A stretch of 34,065 bases of DNA from a virus. Taxonomy: Duplodnaviria; Caudoviricetes. The position numbers and the translations under genes were made by a program. Location: positions 1-34,065 of the IMG/VR virus record IMGVR_UViG_3300020269_000023. One strand, written 5' to 3'. The notes under the pieces are model-generated. The model searched no databases. It was not told the DNA's origin and saw only the letters and a list, made by a program, of their open reading frames with translations. Each line of letters starts with the position of its first letter. Positions within the stretch are counted from its first letter, which is position 1. Below are positions 8,902 through 16,990 of this stretch, piece by piece.

Positions 8902-9427
8902 CTATTATTTCCCCCTCCACAAACGCTGTTGGGTGTGTCTTTCTTAACTCCCCTAACCTCTTTTCTATTTCATCGCGCGACATATTTTCAATCGCATGGT
9001 AGTGGTTTGTTTCTCTGCGGTCGATAGTTAATCCACCTAATGATGATCGAATTTTCTCAGCATTCACAGCCGCTGAAAATTGATTCTCTTGCTCAGCTTT
9101 AATAGAAAGCTCTCGAAATCGTTTTAGTTGACCCATCAGAGTTACACCGTATTTCTTTTCGCGGTCCTCTCTCAGTTCTTCGATATACTCAAGCACATGT
9201 GGAAACTCAACGCCATTCAGTAAAGCATAGGCTTTGTTTTTAGCTATACCATTGGTGTCTGAATACCCAGCCAGTCTAGCGCATTCTGCGTTGCTATGAG
9301 TGCCGTCAACGTAATGCCTAGCAAATTCTTTTTGACGGTTAGTGAGCTTTCGATTGTGAGTCTGCTCAACCTTATCCGCTATACGATCTACACGTTTTTT
9401 AAAATAGTCAGCTTTCGTCTTTTTCAT
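8846..9427 (-). CDS. terS: Terminase small subunit
   Basis: LTNRQKEFARHYV..SNAECARLAGYS, an N-terminal HTH typical of TerS, followed by a helical oligomerisation region. Confidence 0.8.
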   Translation of the reverse strand: MKKTKADYFKKRVDRIADKVEQTHNRKLTNRQKEFARHYVDGTHSNAECARLAGYSDTNGIAKNKAYALLNGVEFPHVLEYIEELREDREKKYGVTLMGQLKRFRELSIKAEQENQFSAAVNAEKIRSSLGGLTIDRRETNHYHAIENMSRDEIEKRLGELRKTHPTAFVEGEIIDEPTTRSPVLEHSEEESA

Positions 9428-9443
9428 CGATAATCCTTCTGCT

Positions 9444-9690
9444 CTATATATACCCCCAAATTCATTTTAATAAATAATTTTTTATTTTTCAAAAGTTCCA
9501 TCGGACAAAAAGTTACTTCAAAATGGGACAAATTAATTAGTTTTGGGACAAGTGGAACGAGCAATGGGACGGGATTCATGGTCTAAGTACCTGATTTATT
9601 TATACAATTATTATTCGTCCCACTCGTCTCACTTTTTTTTACCAAAAAAAATATTTTTAAAAGTGTTTTGTGAAAATGGGGTATATATAG
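9444..9690. repeat. Large nested imperfect inverted repeat at the transcription divergence point
   Basis: Perfect 13-bp outer arms (CTATATATACCCC at 9444-9456 and 9678-9690), inner imperfect arms at 9550-9571 and 9616-9634, and GGGAC motifs. Confidence 0.75.
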
Positions 9691-9803
9691 TGCAAATTAA
9701 AAACAATAAAACTATACAAATATTAAATCGTATGTTAATATTGTTTTGTGTGTGTTAATACCATATAATAATCTTAGGATTTACTACTAAAAAGGGAGAG
9801 AAC

Positions 9804-10190
9804 ATGAATAGAATTACTAGAACGATTTCAATCTGCAAGTGGTTCCAAAAAAACGGCATAAACGACATTAATAAACCACTGACCCCAAACAATATACTGT
9901 TTAATTTCTTATTAGATACTTGGGGTATATTTGCCTTACGTAATTGGCTGTCTAAGATAAGTCTTTACTTCGATATTTTAAAGGTGCGATCGTATCCCTT
10001 CACTATTGTATGCACCGACTCTTATAACAAAAGCAACAACAAAATTTTTAAAAACGGTAATGCGTTTTATAAATACTTAATGAGTCGTGATTATGGTGTC
10101 GAGGATATCCCTGAGATCAAAGAAATGTATTATGCAATTACAAACATGAAGGGCAAAGAGTTATTCACTAACCAGAGAGGAAACAGATAA
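9804..10190 (+). CDS. Hypothetical protein
   Basis: 128 aa, AAGGGAG SD, first gene of the rightward block. Confidence 0.75.
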   Translation: MNRITRTISICKWFQKNGINDINKPLTPNNILFNFLLDTWGIFALRNWLSKISLYFDILKVRSYPFTIVCTDSYNKSNNKIFKNGNAFYKYLMSRDYGVEDIPEIKEMYYAITNMKGKELFTNQRGNR

Positions 10191-10510
10191 TGGATAAAAT
10201 AGAAATTAGACTACAATCAATCGTACTAGCCCCATGTGGTTCAAAAGGAAAATTTGAAGGGGTGCTTAAGGAAAATTTTTCAAAAGAATCTTTTTTCCTA
10301 GACAAAATTAGTTACTGCCGACACAACGAGGGAGGCCACATAGTAATTAATGGAAATCTAATGCTATCTGAGAGAGATGCCAAGGACCAAGAGGAAAGAA
10401 ACAAGTATAAGATTGTTAACGAAATTTTGGATGAAACAATTAAAGATTACGATGAAATGTGTTTGCAACAAGAAAGAGAGCATTTTGCAGAACATGGCAC
10501 TTATGGTTAA
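10190..10510 (+). CDS. Hypothetical protein
   Basis: TAATG coupling and GAGG SD. Confidence 0.75.
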   Translation: MDKIEIRLQSIVLAPCGSKGKFEGVLKENFSKESFFLDKISYCRHNEGGHIVINGNLMLSERDAKDQEERNKYKIVNEILDETIKDYDEMCLQQEREHFAEHGTYG

Positions 10511-10534
10511 ACGATTTAAAAAGGGAGTATAGTG

Positions 10535-10753
10535 ATGAATAAAGGCGAAGCAATGGTTGTGATTATGAGAATAATTAATGATTATTTTGAAAATTGCATT
10601 AACGACAGTGAAGATAAAGAAGAGGAAATAGCACACACTTTACAGGCAATAGATGTTATTTACGAGGGTTTAGGGTTTGAAAAGGTAACAGATTCCAAAG
10701 GCAATGTTTATCACAGAGAAGCGGTTTATGTAAAGGGAGAAGAAGATGACTAA
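10535..10753 (+). CDS. Hypothetical acidic protein
   Basis: AAGGGAG SD; start is GTG 10532 or ATG 10535. Confidence 0.7.
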   Translation: MNKGEAMVVIMRIINDYFENCINDSEDKEEEIAHTLQAIDVIYEGLGFEKVTDSKGNVYHREAVYVKGEEDD

Positions 10754-10806
10754 ACTATATTTATATGATGAAATAAGAGAACGAGAAGAAGATCAGAGGA
10801 GGCTTT

Positions 10807-11124
10807 ATGAAAAACGTGCTTAATTTTAAAAAGAAAGAACAAAGGTCCTTGGACCATGATGCAGTAACCAGAGTTATATCAGAGTTATCTGCAATTATCG
10901 GTAAGCCTTATATTAAAGAAAAATCTAATCGTGAGGACTACTACGACTTATTTTTGGGGGTATGGATGGTATTTGACTGGGGCAGTGTAATGCTACGTAT
11001 CGATTCAGAAAGCGAACACCCCATTTTAATAACAGTCAGTGATGTATGGCGCAGAAACCCTTTGAATCAAATTAAATTTAAGAAGATAACTAAATTACGA
11101 TCCGTATCGATTAACTTATTATAA
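10807..11124 (+). CDS. Hypothetical protein
   Basis: Strong AGGAGG SD. Confidence 0.75.
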   Translation: MKNVLNFKKKEQRSLDHDAVTRVISELSAIIGKPYIKEKSNREDYYDLFLGVWMVFDWGSVMLRIDSESEHPILITVSDVWRRNPLNQIKFKKITKLRSVSINLL

Positions 11125-11133
11125 GGAAAGAAT

Positions 11134-11340
11134 ATGAATATACCATTAACTATAGAACAGTTTGACGTGGTGGAGAAGGCCATAAACGATAGTTTGTTAG
11201 ACGATCCACCTATCGATAATATTAGGTTATTAGAGAACGCTCAGACTATCTTACAAACAGTGAGAGCTAATCATCTTATGCAGTTAAAGGCTGAGAGGGA
11301 TGAGCATTTAGAAATGTGGGTAAAGAACACTATAAGCTAG
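11134..11340 (+). CDS. Hypothetical protein
   Basis: AAGGA SD and tight packing with neighbours. Confidence 0.7.
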   Translation: MNIPLTIEQFDVVEKAINDSLLDDPPIDNIRLLENAQTILQTVRANHLMQLKAERDEHLEMWVKNTIS

Positions 11341-11349
11341 GGGAACGAT

Positions 11350-11745
11350 ATGGCACAAATTTTAGACTTAACACCTAAGATAAACTTTCGTAGGGTGGCC
11401 AACAAATACAATCATTGGGAGGCTGTACCTAAACACATACGATTATATTTTTATCTTAAGAGAGCGCGAAAAGAGCAATCTTTCATGAATGTTTTAGAAT
11501 ACATTGAAGAGATCAAATTATCCGAAACAGATATGGAAGAGTTGATGAAACTTAGCGACCAAGATTTACTTAAAATTATGCAAGAGGACGAGCGCAAAGC
11601 TAGACCTATCGTTAAGCTCATGGCACTAATGAAAGCGTTCGATCAATACTATGGCGACCAGTTCGACCATGAACTAGTCGAAGAGCGTTACAGTCAAGGT
11701 AAATTTAAATACGATGATGAGTTAGGGCATTGGATAGAACCTTAA
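11350..11745 (+). CDS. Hypothetical protein
   Basis: AGGGG SD and tight packing with neighbours. Confidence 0.7.
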   Translation: MAQILDLTPKINFRRVANKYNHWEAVPKHIRLYFYLKRARKEQSFMNVLEYIEEIKLSETDMEELMKLSDQDLLKIMQEDERKARPIVKLMALMKAFDQYYGDQFDHELVEERYSQGKFKYDDELGHWIEP

Positions 11746-11747
11746 TT

Positions 11748-12545
11748 ATGAAACAAAATGATTATAAATTTTTAAATTGGTATTTTTTAGGGTCAGAAAT
11801 AAAAAAGTGCATGGCTATAAAAAGTATTTCTCAACAGGATGTTGCTGATGAGATTCAAAAATCCAGAGCCAGTGTTGCCCTATGGTTTTCAAATTCAGAG
11901 AAGTATGTGCATTTAAATCCAAATTTTGATGAGCTTATTAAAGTAGCGAATCTGTTGCAGCTAAGTGCTGATGATTTAATTTTGTTGTCCAGTAATAAAC
12001 CTTTATCGGAAAAACATAAAAATAATTCAGCTCGAATGCAACGTAACGTCAATCGTTCTTTTAAGGCTAGATTTCGCATGGCATGGTTGAAAAAATTTGA
12101 GACTGATGAGCCTCATTTACTACAGGAACTCACATTTTCCTTGAACAACCAACCAATCGATCCTATTTTTTTCTTGGTAAATCGTCAGGACATAGCATTA
12201 ATTTTCTCGGGAAATAAACCGCGGAAAGGGATATTGCAGAGCTGTATATTTAAAAAACTACAACCTACAAACGAAAAATCAATAGGTGTCATCATGCCAC
12301 CAAGTCCTAGTTTGCGTCCTGAACAGTTGATAGCTTTAAAGAAAGAGGCCGAATTAATGGACCTAAAATTATTCTCTGGCAAACCGAACGGGGCTTTAAT
12401 TAATGAGATAATTAAAACATTTGATAAGAACTCATTAACAAAAAATTACACGATTAAAATTGACAAAAACAATTCTCAAAAATTAAATTCAATTAAATCT
12501 GAATTAATAGAAAAAGGTTTTACAGAAGTTAAGTATGAGCCGTAA
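11748..12545 (+). CDS. XRE/Cro-type HTH protein with an uncharacterised C-terminal domain
   Basis: LGSEIKKCM..ISQQDVADEIQKSRASVALWF..NPNFDELIKVANLL is an XRE HTH pattern. Start placed at ATG 11748. Confidence 0.7.
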   Translation: MKQNDYKFLNWYFLGSEIKKCMAIKSISQQDVADEIQKSRASVALWFSNSEKYVHLNPNFDELIKVANLLQLSADDLILLSSNKPLSEKHKNNSARMQRNVNRSFKARFRMAWLKKFETDEPHLLQELTFSLNNQPIDPIFFLVNRQDIALIFSGNKPRKGILQSCIFKKLQPTNEKSIGVIMPPSPSLRPEQLIALKKEAELMDLKLFSGKPNGALINEIIKTFDKNSLTKNYTIKIDKNNSQKLNSIKSELIEKGFTEVKYEP

Positions 12546-13188
12546 AATTTTACCAATCAAAAGTCATGAAACTTACGATTGGTTATTACTGAAACACTAT
12601 GCAAAACGAATACCCTCGATCTCATTTGCTTTTGGATTGTTCGAGGACAATGTTTTAGAGGGTGTAGTTACCTTTGGCAAACCGCCTTCATCATCGCTGT
12701 GTAAGGGTGTCTGTGGTAATCATAATAGTGAGTATGTGTATGAGCTAAACAGATTATGTTTACAAAGCAATAAACCTAATCAGGCCAGTTACCTCGTAGC
12801 AAATGCCATGAAACAGCTACCTCAACCGACTATAGTTGTAAGCTATGCAGATACTAGCGTGAACCATACTGGCTATATCTATCAGGCTTGTAATTTTATT
12901 TATACTGGGATGAGTGACAAACGCACTGAGTGGCGAGAAAAAAACTCGAACCGCCATAGCAAAACATTATGCGAACAAACTTCTTTGGAAGAGAGAAAAG
13001 CAAACCCGAATAAATATGAGGTCGTTGATCGACCAAGGAAACATCGGTATGTTTATTTTGTGGGCAATAAAACTCAAAAGAAAAATCTTATGAATAGTTT
13101 AAATTATCCTACAGCACCATATCCTAAAGGCGATAATAAAAGATATGATTCAGGGTCCAAGGTAAGTGTTCAGGGAAACTTATTTTAA
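12535..13188 (+). CDS. mom: Mom-like DNA adenine-modification enzyme (GNAT fold)
   Basis: KHY, GVVTFG.P, YELNRL and IVVSYAD...HTGYIYQACNF.YTG motifs of the phage Mu Mom family. Confidence 0.75.
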   Translation: MSRKILPIKSHETYDWLLLKHYAKRIPSISFAFGLFEDNVLEGVVTFGKPPSSSLCKGVCGNHNSEYVYELNRLCLQSNKPNQASYLVANAMKQLPQPTIVVSYADTSVNHTGYIYQACNFIYTGMSDKRTEWREKNSNRHSKTLCEQTSLEERKANPNKYEVVDRPRKHRYVYFVGNKTQKKNLMNSLNYPTAPYPKGDNKRYDSGSKVSVQGNLF

Positions 13189-13409
13189 CACTCTTGACTG
13201 TATGATACCCGAAAGATGGGGGTGCCTTCACCAACGTAGGCACCTCTAACGTTAAACTCCATCCATTCAATCGCTTCTTCATCAGTCCAGTTATTCAACT
13301 TCATTAGTATATCTATGCACTTATCGTAATCATAAATAAGTCGGTCTGGCTTATCGAACTGTAGCCCGACCCCAATGATAGCGTCATCTAGCCCGTCTGC
13401 TTTCATCAT
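13185..13409 (-). CDS. Conserved phage hypothetical protein
   Basis: ADGLDDAIIG...YDYDKCI..L...EEAIEWMEFNV.GAYVGE.TPIF, a pattern common in marine phages. Confidence 0.8.
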   Translation of the reverse strand: MMKADGLDDAIIGVGLQFDKPDRLIYDYDKCIDILMKLNNWTDEEAIEWMEFNVRGAYVGEGTPIFRVSYSQEC

Positions 13410-13576
13410 TGGCCATGTTCTCTCAGCAACTTCTCAATTTTTTTATAATTTTTTACAAACCATTTTATTTGATGAGCAGGGGTGCGACTCTCTGCATCAG
13501 CAATTTGCCATAATTGTTCCCAAACTTTTTTTTCTACTGCAACACTCTTAAATTCTTTATTATTAGTAGTAGTCAT
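13406..13576 (-). CDS. Small ribbon-helix-helix (Arc-like) DNA-binding protein, 56 aa
   Basis: Not in the track. GAGGA SD, then MTTTNNKEFKSVAVEKKVWEQLWQIADAESRTPAHQIKWFVKNY.... Beta-alpha-alpha pattern; the stop overlaps the next ATG. Confidence 0.65.
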   Translation of the reverse strand: MTTTNNKEFKSVAVEKKVWEQLWQIADAESRTPAHQIKWFVKNYKKIEKLLREHGQ

Positions 13577-13585
13577 AATATCCTC

Positions 13586-15028
13586 TTAATTGAACCATTG
13601 TTTAACATTTTCGCCCATAACCTCAGTGGCGATATCCATTTTATTTTTGAGTGCTTTGACAATGCGCTCATCGACTGTACCCTTACAGATAAAGTCAATG
13701 TAAGTTACATTGTTCTTTTGCCCGATACGATGCGCCCGATCTTCTGATTGCGTTCGAATCGCAAGGTCAAAACTATTGGCAAAGTAAATGACGTTTTGTG
13801 CTTTGGTTAGAGTAATACCCATACCACCTGTTTGTGGATTACCTACAAAGAACTGCGCTTCACCGTTTTGAAACTGGTCAATGGCACTGCTACGTTCTTC
13901 ATCATTTACATCACCGAAATATTGTACGACTGATTTATCCCCGTAATCTTTTTTTAACCTTTCATAGATACGGGTAATGTCATATCGAAACCTAGACCAA
14001 ATGATGGTCTTACCTTGTATCTCTTGTAATACGGCCATAAGTTCTTCGATACGATTATCAGGTAAATCTATTATCTCACCTAAATCTGATTTAAAATGCC
14101 CTGATAGGATTTGTTGTAATCGCAATAACTGTGTCATTACATTATTAGCAGTCATAAACTCTTCATTATCTAAATGCGACACACAATACTTTCTAACTTC
14201 TTCGTAAACTCTCATTTGCTCTGAACTCATAGTCACTTCTCGAATCTGATAAATCTTTTCAGGTAAGTCTAAGCACTCTTCTTTTAACACTCGAGAAGAG
14301 AAATGTTGCAACAATGAGTTGAGTTGCTTTAAATTCTTGAACCCAACTACATCCTGAAAGCTATGAGACTGTAGATGCCTACGTACTATCACTGCATAGC
14401 GGTATTGAAATTTATGGAACGAGTCACCTACATCACCTAATAAATTTTTAGACAAGAATCTGATCTGCGCCCACAAGTCTAAAGGTGACTTGGTTATTGG
14501 AAAGCCAGTCAAGATTCTTCTATAAATTGCAAATTCACTTAACTTAATAATATTCTTCGTGCGTTTTGCGGTAGGCTGTTTAATGGTCGTTGACTCATCT
14601 ATCGCTAACATCGAACGCGACCGCATCAAAAACTTTTGTAAGTAAGCGCAACCTTTTTGTGTGGATAGTGCCTCGATATTAATAATAAATATTCTTAACT
14701 CATCACAATCTTCTAAAAACTCTTCACGTTCTTTTAATATTTTTTTAGAAGTCGTAGGTTTCCACACTACTATTTTAGTTTTTATGCGATCAGGTAAATG
14801 ATTTGGTATTTCTTGTTCAGCCCAATTACGGTATACGCCTTTAGGTGCAGTAATAACCAAAGCATTTATGAAATTATTTTCATACAATGTCGCAGCGTTA
14901 TCTATACATACTTTGGATTTGCCTGTACCCATTTCCATAAACCACGCATAGTTTTTTGAGTTCCAACATTTTTGCAACACTTCTTTTTGGTGGTCATACG
15001 GTTTCGTCTTGAACACATATTTCTTCAT
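13586..15028 (-). CDS. SNF2-like SF2 helicase
   Basis: PYDHQ Q-motif, MEMGTGKS, AIDES, LTGFP, GMGITL and QSEDRAHRIGQ motifs. Confidence 0.9.
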   Translation of the reverse strand: MKKYVFKTKPYDHQKEVLQKCWNSKNYAWFMEMGTGKSKVCIDNAATLYENNFINALVITAPKGVYRNWAEQEIPNHLPDRIKTKIVVWKPTTSKKILKEREEFLEDCDELRIFIINIEALSTQKGCAYLQKFLMRSRSMLAIDESTTIKQPTAKRTKNIIKLSEFAIYRRILTGFPITKSPLDLWAQIRFLSKNLLGDVGDSFHKFQYRYAVIVRRHLQSHSFQDVVGFKNLKQLNSLLQHFSSRVLKEECLDLPEKIYQIREVTMSSEQMRVYEEVRKYCVSHLDNEEFMTANNVMTQLLRLQQILSGHFKSDLGEIIDLPDNRIEELMAVLQEIQGKTIIWSRFRYDITRIYERLKKDYGDKSVVQYFGDVNDEERSSAIDQFQNGEAQFFVGNPQTGGMGITLTKAQNVIYFANSFDLAIRTQSEDRAHRIGQKNNVTYIDFICKGTVDERIVKALKNKMDIATEVMGENVKQWFN

Positions 15029-15119
15029 TAGCACTTTCCATTATTTTCATTAAACGTAATAGTAAATCGTAATCGTCCTCGTTATCTGTATCAAAGTTTA
15101 TAGTTATACTTACTTTCAA
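14994..15119 (-). CDS. Small hypothetical protein (41 aa)
   Basis: TTG start overlapping the upstream TGA. MKVSITINFDTDNEDDYDLLLRLMKIMESANEEICVQDETV fills the gap before the helicase. Confidence 0.5.
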   Translation of the reverse strand: MKVSITINFDTDNEDDYDLLLRLMKIMESANEEICVQDETV

Positions 15120-15346
15120 TGTGTAAGCCCTACTTTTATATCTTCAATCTTTTCTTCATGAACCGTAATTCGTGAAGATTGTAACTCGTTAGTTTCTTCG
15201 AGTCTTTTTGTTATTCGGTTCAATGCTGTTTTTGCACCATGTTGCATACCCAGTTTGAATGCAACTCTTTCTCCCTCTGTTTTTAATGTATCCAAATAAT
15301 TTTGTGATATTTCTACGTCATTTAGCCAATTTGTCTTTTTTTCCAT
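15116..15346 (-). CDS. Hypothetical protein
   Basis: 76 aa with an AGGT SD. Confidence 0.7.
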   Translation of the reverse strand: MEKKTNWLNDVEISQNYLDTLKTEGERVAFKLGMQHGAKTALNRITKRLEETNELQSSRITVHEEKIEDIKVGLTH

Positions 15347-15397
15347 GATTTTTTACCTATAATTAAATTATATAAGATATTTTACTAAAAAAAATGT

Positions 15398-15426
15398 TTG
15401 ATTTCTATCATTTTGCATATTATACT
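15398..15426 (+). promoter_or_regulatory. Sigma70-type promoter of the RAMP-like/replication operon
   Basis: TTGATT-N17-TATACT. Confidence 0.7.
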
Positions 15427-15436
15427 GCACTAACTC

Positions 15437-15452
15437 ATCGCTTTAAAGCGAT
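15437..15452. promoter_or_regulatory. Perfect 16-bp palindrome (operator or 5' hairpin)
   Basis: ATCGCTTTAAAGCGAT just downstream of the predicted transcription start. Confidence 0.55.
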
Positions 15453-15485
15453 TTAACATTGAATAATTAATATGGAGAATGAAAG

Positions 15486-16139
15486 ATGGCAGAAGCAAAA
15501 AAAGCAATTATATTGCAACCAATAACAATAGACACAGTAAGTTTAAGAATAGTTGGAACGTCACCAATTGTACAGCATAAGTGGTCAGAGAAAGCAAAAA
15601 AGATGCTTCGTGACAAACATGCGGGGGTAAAAACTAAAACAAGAGATAAGAGAGATCCAAAGTCCGAGTTTGAGGCTTGTTTATATGTTGGTCAAGAGAC
15701 TAATCAATTTGGAGTACCTTGTAACGCTCTTAAAAACTGTATCATCAACGCAGCCCATAAAGACATTGGCGTAGAGAAGACGCTAATTAGAAAGAGTGTC
15801 TTTATTGAGGCGCAGGATATTGATAAAGACGAAAAGGTTGACATGGTTTTATTTGATACTGCGGATAAACCAGAGATGCGTGAAGACATAGTTAGGGTAG
15901 GGACGGGAACGGCTGACCTACGCTATCGACCAGAATTTAAAAAGTGGTCTATTTTGTTTAACGTGCAAATGAACACTGATGCGATTCAGTTAGATACCTT
16001 TGTCAATTTAGTTAATCTAGCTGGGTTTGGGGTTGGCTTACATGAGATGAGGCCACAAAAGTCAGGAGACTATGGTAGATTTAAGATTGACGAAAATCAT
16101 CTAGTAACAGGCAACAAGCAAACTTTAAAAGGAGATTAA
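15486..16139 (+). CDS. Stand-alone RAMP/Cas7-like RNA-binding protein (putative Vipr-like effector)
   Basis: RAMP-like motif order: beta1 VSLRIVGTSPIV; FGVPCNALKNCI (compare IPGSSLKG); thumb-like REDIVRV; C-terminal glycine-rich loop GFGVGLHEMRPQKSGDYGRF. Sits upstream of a patterned array. Confidence 0.7.
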   Translation: MAEAKKAIILQPITIDTVSLRIVGTSPIVQHKWSEKAKKMLRDKHAGVKTKTRDKRDPKSEFEACLYVGQETNQFGVPCNALKNCIINAAHKDIGVEKTLIRKSVFIEAQDIDKDEKVDMVLFDTADKPEMREDIVRVGTGTADLRYRPEFKKWSILFNVQMNTDAIQLDTFVNLVNLAGFGVGLHEMRPQKSGDYGRFKIDENHLVTGNKQTLKGD

Positions 16140-16142
16140 TTG

Positions 16143-16655
16143 ATGTCAAATTACGTATGGGCGGATACTCGACCAGGTAGTGATTTAAAAAGAACAGGTG
16201 CTGACCCTAACAAGGTCAGTGCCGAGATTCTACAGGTTGACAAAATATATGGTGGCAAGGCTCCTACTGGATCTTATTACGAGTATGTAAAAGATAATCC
16301 AAATGCGGAGGGCTACAAATTATTTGAACACGATGACTCCGTAGCTGCCTACAAACAGAGGCTAGTGCAAGAGCGTGAAATCAAACGATCACTGGTAATT
16401 ATAAAAGCAGAAGTAGTAGAGCGACAATTAGAGGCTCCGATTAGGGCGTTTGTAAACATCAATACGAAAAATTCTGAAGGTAAAACCATAGGGGTTTATT
16501 TTCATATTGATGAAGTGCTTAACGATCCTGAGAAGAGAGCTAAGATGGTAGCTCGAGCAAAGCGTGATGCAGAGAGTTTTATAAAAAAATATAAATGTTT
16601 AGAAGAATTATCAGCAGTAATAGAAAACTTGGAAAAAGTTATTGAGGCAGATTAG
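16143..16655 (+). CDS. Accessory protein of the RAMP-like locus, function unknown
   Basis: GGAGA SD before ATG 16143. Motif LFEHDDSVAAYKQRLVQ.R.I. The last codons overlap the first array unit. Confidence 0.75.
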   Translation: MSNYVWADTRPGSDLKRTGADPNKVSAEILQVDKIYGGKAPTGSYYEYVKDNPNAEGYKLFEHDDSVAAYKQRLVQEREIKRSLVIIKAEVVERQLEAPIRAFVNINTKNSEGKTIGVYFHIDEVLNDPEKRAKMVARAKRDAESFIKKYKCLEELSAVIENLEKVIEAD

Positions 16656-16968
16656 GCGAGTTGGGTTTGGTTGCGTTCTGTTTCGTTAAGTTTTGGCAGG
16701 TGTGGTACGGTCAGTTCTGTTATGTTTCGTTCGGTTGGGTTAAGTTTTGGCAGATAGGTTATGTTAGGTTAAGTTTTGTTCTGGTAAGTTTTGTTTAGTT
16801 TTGGCAGGTGAGTTATGGGACGGTACGTTCGGTTGGGTTAAGTTTTGGCAGGTATGGTAAGTTGTGTTCAGTTCAGTTGCGGTTCGTTGAGTTGGGTTTT
16901 GTTAAGTTTTGGCAGGTGAGGTAAGGTACGGTCTGTTTAGGTAATGTAAGATGGTTTGAGTTTTGGCA
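16646..16968 (+). ncRNA. Array of six putative guide-RNA units: (GTT/GGT-NN)x8-12 delimited by GGCA (VIPR-like)
   Basis: GGCA at 16646, 16695, 16749, 16803, 16847, 16911 and 16965. Between them lie exactly 9, 10, 10, 8, 12 and 10 pentamers. 52 of 59 constant triplets are GTT or GGT. Every unit ends GTTTTGGCA. Confidence 0.8.
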
Positions 16969-16990
16969 GATATGATTAAAGGAAAATATT

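Noticed and set aside
9543-9758. 71-aa plus-strand ORF
   Set aside because: TTG start, no SD, and it lies across the palindromic non-coding element.
10746-10823. 25-aa ORF MTKLYLYDEIREREEDQRRLYEKRA
   Set aside because: It has a GGGAG SD and fills a gap, but is too short to support without homology or expression data.
16646-16968. Canonical CRISPR array with a GTTAAGTTTTGGCAG repeat
   Set aside because: The shared part is only 10-15 nt, the would-be spacers are themselves 5-nt periodic with lengths changing in steps of 5, and no adaptation genes are visible.
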